IMG/VR virus record: IMGVR_UViG_3300037419_000226
Span: 1 to 29,340 of that record
Direction: 5' to 3' (one strand)
DNA: 29,340 bases
Source: a virus
Lineage: Duplodnaviria; Caudoviricetes
Part shown: in pieces, positions 1-8,540 of the stretch
Layout: each line of letters begins with the position of its first letter
Position numbering within the stretch: position 1 is the stretch's first letter
The notes under the pieces: generated by a model
Databases searched by the model: none
Told to the model about the DNA's origin: nothing
What the model saw: the letters and a program-made list of their open reading frames with translations, nothing else
Made by a program: the position numbers and the translations under genes

Positions 1-825
1 GTAAATAACATCTACATCCTTGACTAAATGCTGGAACCAAATCTTTAGCGTAAAGTCATTCTCAATTTCAAATCCTTCATCGAAAAATAATTTCCCACCA
101 CGCACATCTAACATTGAACCATTAATATATCTAGGCTTTATACTTGTTTTGCCAATGACCTGCATGATTTTCCAATCTAATTTTACGCTTGCAGTTTCAG
201 TAACGGGATTTGCTGAAAGTTGGAAATACATAGATGGATTTTCATAGGTAACAGTGAAGGGAATTAGTCCACTACTTACAGTTAGTCCTTGTTTAGCAGT
301 TACTTTAAATTCAATATAATAATTTGTACCATTCTTTAGTAATTCAAAACGTTGCTCCAATAATCCATCCGTTTTGATTCCTGATGTTTTAAATAATTTC
401 TGATTGGAATCATACAGATTAACTACGTAATAAGAGAGGGGAATGCCTTCTGCTTGTGTATATGTAGCCGTAAATAAATAAGAATGATTCGCAACTGTTT
501 CAATTGGTGTGACCGAAATAACAGGTTTTGACATTGCTGAAAAGGTAACAAAGTTAGAAGTAGCAGATTGTTCGTTACTATTCCATACTGTGATGTTAAT
601 TTTATATTTACTACCAATAGAAAGAGCATTAGCAGGAAGGGTATAACTCAGTGCTAGACTATATGTACGTGGCAAAGACCATACTAAGCTATCATCATCT
701 AGGTTGTAAATGTTGATGCTAAAGCTAGTTGAAACGTCACCACTTGTACTCCAACGAAGTAAATAATCTGCATTTCTATCAATAATTTGATCCTTCAGGT
801 TAATTCCATAAGGTTTTTGTATCAT
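1..825 (-). CDS. Tail tip/baseplate-region protein with FN3/Ig-like beta-sandwich repeats (3'-truncated; missing from ORF track)
   Basis: Manual translation: RBS GAGGTG, ATG at 825, open frame to base 1 (MIQKPYGINLKDQIIDRNADYLLRWSTSGD...LSIGSKYKINITVWN...LKNGTNYYIEFKVT...). The L-x-x-G-x-x-Y-x-I-x-V pattern occurs twice (FN3-like). Directly follows TMP. Confidence 0.75.
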   Translation of the reverse strand, partial: MIQKPYGINLKDQIIDRNADYLLRWSTSGDVSTSFSINIYNLDDDSLVWSLPRTYSLALSYTLPANALSIGSKYKINITVWNSNEQSATSNFVTFSAMSKPVISVTPIETVANHSYLFTATYTQAEGIPLSYYVVNLYDSNQKLFKTSGIKTDGLLEQRFELLKNGTNYYIEFKVTAKQGLTVSSGLIPFTVTYENPSMYFQLSANPVTETASVKLDWKIMQVIGKTSIKPRYINGSMLDVRGGKLFFDEGFEIENDFTLKIWFQHLVKDVDVIY

Positions 826-848
826 TTTTTCACCTCGATTTCTTTGCA

Positions 849-888
849 AAATAAAAGACCTTACTCAAAATTGAATAAAGTCTTTTAT
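849..888 (-). terminator. Probable intrinsic terminator after tape measure gene
   Basis: Inverted repeat ATAAAAGAC(851-859)/GTCTTTTAT(880-888) extended by inner pairing, with U-rich 3' end on minus strand. Confidence 0.6.
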
Positions 889-899
889 CTAATATTTAG

Positions 900-3800
900 T
901 TATTTTTTTCTAGTGATACTTTGTAATCCTTGAAGAAGTTCTAAAGGATTGTTTGCTTGAATGATAGGGTTTTGTAGAATAATAGTCGTACCTGTATTAA
1001 CAGTTTGAGTTGGTGCATTCGAAAGTAACTGTCCTGCTAAATTACTGATATTGGTTAGGAAATTAGGAATATTATTAGTAGGAACCATGATTTCACCTTT
1101 TAGTGCTTTCACAATCTGCTCATTCGGTTTTACGTTGAATAAACTATTAACAAGTGAAGAGAGTCTACTACCGCCTGAACTTTGACCAACAATACCACCG
1201 TCATGATGTTTAGGAACTTTGACTGTACCATTCTTAAACGTAGTATCTAAATCCTTTGTAAACTGTGTCATTATTTTCTTTAGTTCAGCAGTATCCTTGT
1301 ATGACTTATCAAGATACGTTTGTTGAAGTTTCTCTAAATTAGCAATAGCAGCATCACGATTGGCTTCTGCATCAGCAATCTGTTTTTCAATAGAAGCACG
1401 TTCATCTTCTTTTTTCCAATCGTTTTGCATATCCGTTTTCTGCTGTTCTAATTCAGCAACCTTACCCTTATCATATGTGAGTTGAACATTACCATTTTTA
1501 TCAATGTATTCGAAACGTTTATCAGATTTAACTTTGTTGATTTCAGCGTTGATTTTGTTTAACTCATTTATACGATCTTGTTTCTTTTCCTCTTCATCCA
1601 TTAAATCGAGTTTCTTTTGAAGAGCAGCAATCTGATCATTGTATAGTTTTTCTGTTTCAGCTATTTTTGTATTGATTTGTGATTCTCGGATAGCATCGTC
1701 AGTATCAGCAATAGCGTTTAAATATTCCAATTGAGAAGTAGTCAACTCTTGAATCTGAGCATTTACTTCTGCTTTTTGGGCTGCCGATAATTTCTCAGTA
1801 TTCAATAACTTTTTAAGATCAGCAATTTCATTGGCAGTTATACTACGTTTCTTTTCAAGAATAGCAATTTGCTTGTTAGATTCAGCAATCCATTCTTTTG
1901 AACCTTCTTTGTAGCGTTTCTGTATTTCCTGTGATTGACGGAGTAGTTGGTCTTGAGTTTTTAATTGATCATCGTATTTTTTGATAGTGGCATCAATTTT
2001 AGCTTGACGAACTTCTTCAGCAGTAGGTTTATCATCTTTACTACCTTTGCTGTCTTTAGGATTCTTACCACTAATTGCAGGAATTTTTGCTAACCCAACT
2101 GTAATTCCGTTTAATTCACCAGTTAAACTATCTAACTCTTTTTTTCGTTGATCAATTCCTGCTTTAATGCCGATAGCATTAAGACCGACATCAGCAGGTA
2201 ATAAACCAGCGTTTACTTTTGCCATAATTGCATCTGTACTTGCTTCTGCTAATTCACCATATGCAGATAGTAATATTTGAAGACCTTTTATTTCTTGTTT
2301 TATAGCGTCGATTCTTGATTTTGTTGCTATAGCAGTACCAGTAGTTGCAGCTTGTTGTGCTGTTAATTGACCATTTGCAGAAGCTTCAACTGCTTTGATG
2401 AGGATGTTATTTGATTCTGCTTCCTTCCGCATTGCATCAATGTTTAATTCGTGACCATTAATCAGGTGAGGATAGGTGCTAGATAAAAATTGAGTAGCAG
2501 TTGCTAATGCGTATTTTGACGATTCACTTAAGTTTTCCTGACCAGATAGCATACTGTAAACTTGAATCATTTCATAGGTTTTATCAATGTCTTCTTGTTT
2601 CATCCCTACAGCCATTTCAGTAGCAGACATATTTTTATACTTACTGTCTGTATTCGAATCAGCAACATTCGCTTCATTCTTTAAAGCATTGGCACTTGCA
2701 ATGGAACTACTGATAATTTCTTTGGTGGACTTAGATAGAACATCTGTTGCAGTTGACATTCCCTCTATTGAATCACCTGTATCAACAGCAGAATCTCCCA
2801 TCCCATCAAGACCATCAGATGCTTCGTATGTCCCATCCCCAACTTTAGATAAAGAATCAGATTGCCTTAGATTTGCAGCAGTGTTATCTTTGGTACTACC
2901 TGTTAGTGAATCTAATGCTTTTTGCCTTTCTTCAATTCCAGTCTTTTTACCTTCAAGTTCGTTAACTTTGTCAAGTTGATTGCCGTACTCCTGAATGGCT
3001 CCAGTTTGAGTCTCCATTATATTTTTATAAATATTGAACTCATTTTGGGCATTATTGAGGTTATCAGTTAACTTACTTGCTAATTCTGTATCACCTTTGT
3101 TTTGTGCATCAATAATATCGTCTGCTAATTCTTTTTTTCGTTTAGCTAATTCTTTTTCAGCATCGTCAATAGCTAAAACATTATACTTTTCCTGATAAGA
3201 TTGCATTATCTCAAAAGAAGATTTAGTCGCTGATTCAAGTTCTTTTAATTTTTTCTTAGACTTTTCTAGATCAACATTTACAGTGCCTACCTCTATAGAA
3301 TTGGCGATTTTCGCTTGATTAATTTGCTCATCCGTCATTTTCTTTAATGATTCAATATACTTGTCTGTTTTGCTTTTATTTAATGTTAGTTCATCACCGT
3401 ATTTGCCAGTTGAATCTATTAACTGTGGAGCAAGTTTTTGAATCTCACTTAAAACACCTTGTAATTTCTGTTGATTTTCTGCACTATCTTTAGACACAGG
3501 TTCTAACTCATTGTATATGCCAACTAACCTTTGAATCTCGGTGGAGGTTTCACTAGTCCTCTTTGCATTTTCAGTCAATGCTTCTGAATGTAGGGTTCCA
3601 GCATTTGTAGACTTCATAAAGACAGAGGCTAATGTTTCAACTGCAACTAAAGCAATCCCAAACACACCAAATGAGGCTTTAACTCCAGTCATAGCAATTC
3701 TTAAGGCTGTAAATGCTTTTACTACACCATAAACACCTGCTGCAATTAGAGGGAGTTTTATATTCCATCCATTCGTGGTTTCAGTTAGAGTAGTAAACCC

Positions 3801-5798
3801 TTGAACAAGTGATGTCGTTGACTCAATTAAACCAACTAAAGCACCTCTTGCACCATTCTGACCAATCGCCATAGCAAGTTCTTGAAAAGCAGCCTTCATA
3901 TTGTTAGTTTTGAAAGCAAGTCCTTCTTGGAAAGTGGACAATTCTTTTTGGGCTGATCCATACGAATCAGCAGAGAATTGAGCATTTTTATATACATCTG
4001 CTTGATGTTCAAGTAAACTGGACACTTTGTTTATATGGTAAACTCCACCTAATGCTTGGGCTATTGCATTTTTTTGCTCTGAACCATACGTGCTCCATTT
4101 TGAACCTAAATCTTGTAATATATCTGTGCCAGAACGAAGCTCACCATTTAAGTCTTTAACTTGTACTCCTGCTTCTGATATTACATTTTGAGTATTTCCT
4201 CGAAGCATTCTAGTGAAAAGTGTCTTATAAAAGTTTCCAGCTTCATTTCCACCTATTTTCAATGTCTCAATAGTACTTGAAATCATTCCCGTTAAGTCAT
4301 TAAAACTAACTCCAGCATTTGCTGCTGCTGACGATGATTTGGAAAGTCCTTGTGCAAGTCCAAGAGTGTTTGCACCTGTTTTATTTGACACTTCATTTAG
4401 TGAATTGACAACATCGGCTGTTTCAGCAACGGTAAATTTATACTGTCTCATGATTGCAACTAAATAGTTCGCTGCTTCAGCGTCATCTTTAAACTCTCCA
4501 ACAGTAGAAAGTAGCATAGAATTATTGTTCAATACTTCAGCATCTTTTTGTTCAAAACCTAACTTAGAAATTTCCCCTAATGATTGTAATGCTCCATCGA
4601 TGGTTCTACCATATTCGTAAGCAGCTTTAGTCGCATTTTCAAATACAGTTGTCATGTCAGCAGTATCTAATACTTTTTGAATGGAGATTAATCTTTCATC
4701 AAGAAGATAAAGTGTGCTAACTAATTGCTTTAGACCAGCAATCGGGGCATAGAATGCCGTTGTTGCTAACATCCAAATCGGGAATTTGGTAAACGCTTGA
4801 CCTAACATATCACCGAAAGTTTTAGTATGAACAGACGCTTCCTTTGCACCACTTTGATAACCTTTTAATTGAGCCTGTAGCTTATTTAATTCTCTGGTAG
4901 CATTTGTGGCATTAGGTTTAATTGCTTGCAAACTAGTTATTAAACTTTGAACACCTGCTGTATCTAGTTTCTTTGAACCTGAACCTAATAAACTTTGTGC
5001 TTGAGAGACCATATTTTGTTGAAGATTTTTATTCTTACCTGTTTCATTAACACGAACGAGTGCCTTTTGAATCTTTTCAATTTCCGCAACATTCTTAGCA
5101 CTATTGATCATACTGTTAAATCGTTTGAAACGTTGTTCAGTTATTACACCTTGGTCGTAGGATTTCTTTAGTGCTTGTGTTAACTTTTCTTGTTCAACTA
5201 CAAGATTGTTACCCATCTTCATATTAGACATACGACTTTTTAGATTGTCTAACTGTTTTATAGACGAAGCCATATTAATACCTTGACCAATTTTTCTTAA
5301 TTCTTCAGTTGTTCGAGTTCCAGTACGTGCTAAATCAATAAGGCTTTTTCTTAATTTTTGTTGCTCTTTCTGAAACTTTTGAATGTTTTCGATGTCCTTG
5401 TAACTAGTTACTTCACCTTTTGCATTAGTGTTTATAACTCTACCGTTACCTTTTTCGTCTTGATAAGTGGAAGTGGTGTTTTTCAATTTGCCAGTACTGT
5501 TATATTTATTCACTTCACTTATTAATTTTGAATAACGTTCAGTTAATTCTTCTACACTTTTGGCTTCTTTTTTGGTTGTATTTTCTACAAGTTTACCTGC
5601 CTCTGTAGTTACTTTACCGAAATCTTTTAATTTGTTCGTTAATTCCGTTAACTTTTTCAATACAGAGTCGTCAAGTTTAATTTGAAGGTTTATCTTACCG
5701 AATTTTCCTTCAATCTCTTTAATCCTTTTATTAATTTCATCCTTACTTAACTCTTTATCCAGAGTTGCAATCATACTGATTTTAAGATTATTCGCCAT
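900..5798 (-). CDS. Tail tape measure protein (TP901-type core; positional equivalent of SPbeta YomI/CwlP)
   Basis: 1632 aa, coiled-coil rich. Central TMP core (GLAQGLSKSSSAAANAGVSFNDLTG...GVQVKDLNGELRS), hydrophobic segments, C-terminal HHDGGIVG motif. RBS AAGGAG. Confidence 0.92.
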   Translation of the reverse strand: MANNLKISMIATLDKELSKDEINKRIKEIEGKFGKINLQIKLDDSVLKKLTELTNKLKDFGKVTTEAGKLVENTTKKEAKSVEELTERYSKLISEVNKYNSTGKLKNTTSTYQDEKGNGRVINTNAKGEVTSYKDIENIQKFQKEQQKLRKSLIDLARTGTRTTEELRKIGQGINMASSIKQLDNLKSRMSNMKMGNNLVVEQEKLTQALKKSYDQGVITEQRFKRFNSMINSAKNVAEIEKIQKALVRVNETGKNKNLQQNMVSQAQSLLGSGSKKLDTAGVQSLITSLQAIKPNATNATRELNKLQAQLKGYQSGAKEASVHTKTFGDMLGQAFTKFPIWMLATTAFYAPIAGLKQLVSTLYLLDERLISIQKVLDTADMTTVFENATKAAYEYGRTIDGALQSLGEISKLGFEQKDAEVLNNNSMLLSTVGEFKDDAEAANYLVAIMRQYKFTVAETADVVNSLNEVSNKTGANTLGLAQGLSKSSSAAANAGVSFNDLTGMISSTIETLKIGGNEAGNFYKTLFTRMLRGNTQNVISEAGVQVKDLNGELRSGTDILQDLGSKWSTYGSEQKNAIAQALGGVYHINKVSSLLEHQADVYKNAQFSADSYGSAQKELSTFQEGLAFKTNNMKAAFQELAMAIGQNGARGALVGLIESTTSLVQGFTTLTETTNGWNIKLPLIAAGVYGVVKAFTALRIAMTGVKASFGVFGIALVAVETLASVFMKSTNAGTLHSEALTENAKRTSETSTEIQRLVGIYNELEPVSKDSAENQQKLQGVLSEIQKLAPQLIDSTGKYGDELTLNKSKTDKYIESLKKMTDEQINQAKIANSIEVGTVNVDLEKSKKKLKELESATKSSFEIMQSYQEKYNVLAIDDAEKELAKRKKELADDIIDAQNKGDTELASKLTDNLNNAQNEFNIYKNIMETQTGAIQEYGNQLDKVNELEGKKTGIEERQKALDSLTGSTKDNTAANLRQSDSLSKVGDGTYEASDGLDGMGDSAVDTGDSIEGMSTATDVLSKSTKEIISSSIASANALKNEANVADSNTDSKYKNMSATEMAVGMKQEDIDKTYEMIQVYSMLSGQENLSESSKYALATATQFLSSTYPHLINGHELNIDAMRKEAESNNILIKAVEASANGQLTAQQAATTGTAIATKSRIDAIKQEIKGLQILLSAYGELAEASTDAIMAKVNAGLLPADVGLNAIGIKAGIDQRKKELDSLTGELNGITVGLAKIPAISGKNPKDSKGSKDDKPTAEEVRQAKIDATIKKYDDQLKTQDQLLRQSQEIQKRYKEGSKEWIAESNKQIAILEKKRSITANEIADLKKLLNTEKLSAAQKAEVNAQIQELTTSQLEYLNAIADTDDAIRESQINTKIAETEKLYNDQIAALQKKLDLMDEEEKKQDRINELNKINAEINKVKSDKRFEYIDKNGNVQLTYDKGKVAELEQQKTDMQNDWKKEDERASIEKQIADAEANRDAAIANLEKLQQTYLDKSYKDTAELKKIMTQFTKDLDTTFKNGTVKVPKHHDGGIVGQSSGGSRLSSLVNSLFNVKPNEQIVKALKGEIMVPTNNIPNFLTNISNLAGQLLSNAPTQTVNTGTTIILQNPIIQANNPLELLQGLQSITRKK

Positions 5799-5815
5799 TT
5801 AACCACTCCTTTCCA

Positions 5816-5848
5816 AAATAAAAAGGAGTATCAAATGACTGACACTCC
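5816..5848 (-). terminator. Intrinsic terminator after lipoprotein gene
   Basis: Minus strand GGAGTGTCA-gtcatt-TGATACTCC followed by TTTTTATTTT. Confidence 0.7.
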
Positions 5849-5853
5849 CAAGA

Positions 5854-6222
5854 TTATTTATTAAATTGTTTATCTAATACAGAAATTGAATCCTCAATTC
5901 TTTCTTTATACATTTTTACACTATCTTCTTTTTTCAGACCAATAGCAGCATAATACATAGTGAAGGAGTTAATCAACTTCTCCATATTTAACACTAATTC
6001 CTCATCATTAGGATAATCTTTGTAATTTTTAATATATGTTTCTTGAAACTCATCTCTTGTTGATTGAGCATATTCATCCAAACCTTCATTATTTACATAA
6101 CTATCTTTTATAAGACTGTATAAATTTTTAGCATCATCATGTAATGTTTCATTTGAGACAGTTTGACTTTGGCAACCGAATAATAAGAATAGCAGTAAGA
6201 AGGGGAGAACAAATTTTTTCAT
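5854..6222 (-). CDS. Lipoprotein (moron; possible superinfection exclusion/host-interaction protein)
   Basis: Start at 6222 (MKKFVLPFLLLFLLFGC) has RBS AGAGGTG, a basic N-region, a hydrophobic core and lipobox LFG-C. The longer 6246 start lacks an RBS. Confidence 0.8.
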   Translation of the reverse strand: MKKFVLPFLLLFLLFGCQSQTVSNETLHDDAKNLYSLIKDSYVNNEGLDEYAQSTRDEFQETYIKNYKDYPNDEELVLNMEKLINSFTMYYAAIGLKKEDSVKMYKERIEDSISVLDKQFNK

Positions 6223-6229
6223 GGTAACA

Positions 6230-6277
6230 CCTCTTTTTATTCCCATTATATTCTATACATGGACAAATAAAAAGAGG
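6230..6277 (-). promoter_or_regulatory. Inverted repeat covering lipoprotein RBS with a TATAAT -10 box between the arms
   Basis: Perfect 12-bp IR CCTCTTTTTATT(6230-6241)/AATAAAAAGAGG(6266-6277). Minus-strand TATAAT at 6245-6250. The -35 is weak. Confidence 0.5.
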
Positions 6278-6344
6278 GGAGATGTCAATGTTTAATTTGG
6301 TTAACCTCAAATGAAACGTTCATGAGTGAACGTTCCAGTTCAAA

Positions 6345-7340
6345 TTAACCAAATATACCATTCTTTTCATCTTCAAAATCACGTAGATCATAAATCTGTG
6401 TAGTAGAAACATTTTCATGGTGGGCTATGAATTTTGAAACTAAATTAATATCAACTCCACGTTCCAAATGATAAGTGATACATGAATTTTTAAAAATATG
6501 TACATTAATCCTTCTACCTAAAATATTGCTTAAAACTTCAGCACAAAAGTTATCTGCCCATGAAGAAGACATTTGACGTATCACACCGTTATATTTAGTT
6601 GTAAATATGTATTCATTTTCGTATCCTCTGAAATCTAACCATTTTTGTAAATAGGGGAGGACTTCAAGTGGAATCATATACTCCAATGGTTTACCATCAG
6701 TCGATTTTCCTTTTCCACGGACAATGTGTGAAAGTACATAATTCTGACCTTCTGGAATCTTATAATTAAGAATTTCTTGTTTAAATTGGATTAATTCAGA
6801 ACGTCTTGATCCAACTAAGAATGCTGTAGCTAACCATGCCATTCCTAGATAATTTTCATCAGTTTCTAGAACTTTCATCATTTCTTGATACTCTTCGAAT
6901 GTTACCTTTACTTTGTCATACACACGATTCTTAGGAATAGCAGGGAGTCCTCGTGTAAAGTTTCTGAAATTCTTATAATTATCATCGTCATCTGCTACAA
7001 CATTCTCAATATAGTTACATAGACTTGATACACATGCTTTCTTTAAATTGATTGCACTAGATGACATTTTCCTATCATCACGTAAGTAACTTAAATATCT
7101 AAGGAAATCACGTTTAGTTATTTTATATAAAGGTTTGTCATTCATTGATTGATGAACAAAATAACCAAACTGCTTCAATCCTGAGATGTATTGTAACTTA
7201 GTTTGTGGACTATGATTCTGTACAGAAACAAATTCTTCTACAAGTGACCGATATTCATAATTAACTAATTTCCATTTATCATCTGTGATTTCTGGCAGTT
7301 TAATAGCACGTTCTCTAAGCATATTTTTATCAATACTCAT
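6345..7340 (-). CDS. yomM: Tyrosine recombinase/integrase family protein, YomM-like
   Basis: SAM-like N-domain (HSPQTKLQYISGL), GSRRSEL (Arg), GKGK (Lys), HIFKNS (HxxR box with R->K), AHHENVSTTQIY (His/Tyr). Same tail-operon position as SPbeta yomM. Confidence 0.85.
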   Translation of the reverse strand: MSIDKNMLRERAIKLPEITDDKWKLVNYEYRSLVEEFVSVQNHSPQTKLQYISGLKQFGYFVHQSMNDKPLYKITKRDFLRYLSYLRDDRKMSSSAINLKKACVSSLCNYIENVVADDDDNYKNFRNFTRGLPAIPKNRVYDKVKVTFEEYQEMMKVLETDENYLGMAWLATAFLVGSRRSELIQFKQEILNYKIPEGQNYVLSHIVRGKGKSTDGKPLEYMIPLEVLPYLQKWLDFRGYENEYIFTTKYNGVIRQMSSSWADNFCAEVLSNILGRRINVHIFKNSCITYHLERGVDINLVSKFIAHHENVSTTQIYDLRDFEDEKNGIFG

Positions 7341-7350
7341 TTATCCACCT

Positions 7351-7839
7351 CTATTCTGTTTCGATTCCTCGTGATTTCAATCCCAATTTCATAGTCTCAA
7401 TGTGTGCATCAGATTGTAAAATTGTTTCTCCTGTACGCTCTGTAAATGGTCTTGCCTGTAAGTATTCATCAGCAGTATCAATACGATTATCTTTATACTC
7501 GTATTCCTTACCATCGTAACCGTCACCGTATTCCACTAAGTCAGCAATCTTAAACTTATCATCTTTCCCTTTAGTGACGTTCTCTACAGATAATTCCACA
7601 CCATTAGGTACATTCTTAACTTTGTGTTTCATATTCTTTTTATCTGCTAATCCACCTGTAGTTTTACGTCTTTCGTAAACGAAGGGTTCACCATTATCAG
7701 GTTGATACTGTTGATATACATTTTTCTCAACTGATTTGGATTCTTCATTCTTAACCATAGTTGCCATTTCGTTTTCCATAACACTACGCATTTGTTTATT
7801 GAGATATTTGTTTAATTCTGTTAAACTTTTAAACTCCAT
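7351..7839 (-). CDS. Tail-associated protein, YomN-like (HK97 gp10-like completion protein)
   Basis: 162 aa with ...LVEYGDG...ARPF motif typical of gp10-like proteins; synteny upstream of recombinase. Confidence 0.55.
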   Translation of the reverse strand: MEFKSLTELNKYLNKQMRSVMENEMATMVKNEESKSVEKNVYQQYQPDNGEPFVYERRKTTGGLADKKNMKHKVKNVPNGVELSVENVTKGKDDKFKIADLVEYGDGYDGKEYEYKDNRIDTADEYLQARPFTERTGETILQSDAHIETMKLGLKSRGIETE

Positions 7840-7854
7840 ATATTATCAACTCGC

Positions 7855-8361
7855 TTACTGAACTTTTTTACCTAACTGTTCAATCACGTTACGATTTTTC
7901 AATTCCATATTCTGTACAGTTTCCTGCATTTGTTGAGTTAATTTTTCTAAGAATGCAAATTTGCTGCTAATTTCTACTGCTTTATCAAATACCTTTGAAA
8001 TTTCTTTTGTCATAAAAACATCTTCAACGATCTCTTTAAAGTAACCAGTATCCACTAACCATTCCATTTGTTGGATTTGTTCTTCAAGCACATCTGAAAT
8101 ATCCTTGGAAAGGTGAGTGAAGAATTTAATACATAGGAAGTTTACATAATCAAACATAAACTTTTCACTAATTTCAATACCTTTTTCTTCTGCATATTTG
8201 TATTGTGAAGCCATGTGCTCGAGTAATTTTTCGATTTCTCCATGTGGGAAAATAGGGGAGAAGGTTAAATTTAATCCATCTTTTAATTCGTAATCTTCTT
8301 TTTCGTGTGCTTTCTTGTATTGTTTCTTGACAGCACCCATTGTTAATTTCTTACTAGCCAT
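7855..8361 (-). CDS. YomO-like protein, possible tail assembly chaperone
   Basis: 168 aa, acidic/helical, strong RBS AAGGAGG; synteny. Confidence 0.55.
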   Translation of the reverse strand: MASKKLTMGAVKKQYKKAHEKEDYELKDGLNLTFSPIFPHGEIEKLLEHMASQYKYAEEKGIEISEKFMFDYVNFLCIKFFTHLSKDISDVLEEQIQQMEWLVDTGYFKEIVEDVFMTKEISKVFDKAVEISSKFAFLEKLTQQMQETVQNMELKNRNVIEQLGKKVQ

Positions 8362-8472
8362 TGTATATCCTCCTTATAATCCTTTAATTTAAATCCTATA
8401 TATAGTTAATTGTTTATTTATCAATACTACATATAGAAAATCTTACCTAATGAAAGTATTATTTTAACCAAG

Positions 8473-8500
8473 AAAAAAGAGAGAGCAATTAAGCCCTCTC
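8473..8500 (-). terminator. Intrinsic terminator after fibre gene
   Basis: Minus strand GAGAGGGC-ttaatt-GCTCTCTC followed by TTTTTT. Confidence 0.75.
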
Positions 8501-8540
8501 AATGTGATACAGTTATGTCGTCTTTTCTTCCAAGTGTGTA

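Noticed and set aside
423-629. Minus ORF 423-629 (and similarly 19155-19412)
   Set aside because: Off-frame ORFs nested within real genes (1-825 and portal).
6283-6288. Perfect TTGACA on minus strand as -35 of the lipoprotein promoter
   Set aside because: 32 nt from the TATAAT, and no -10 at 17-nt spacing.
7855-7875. Tail-chaperone programmed -1 frameshift at GGT AAA AAA GTT
   Set aside because: A-run is not in X XXY YYZ register and the gene is not adjacent to the TMP.
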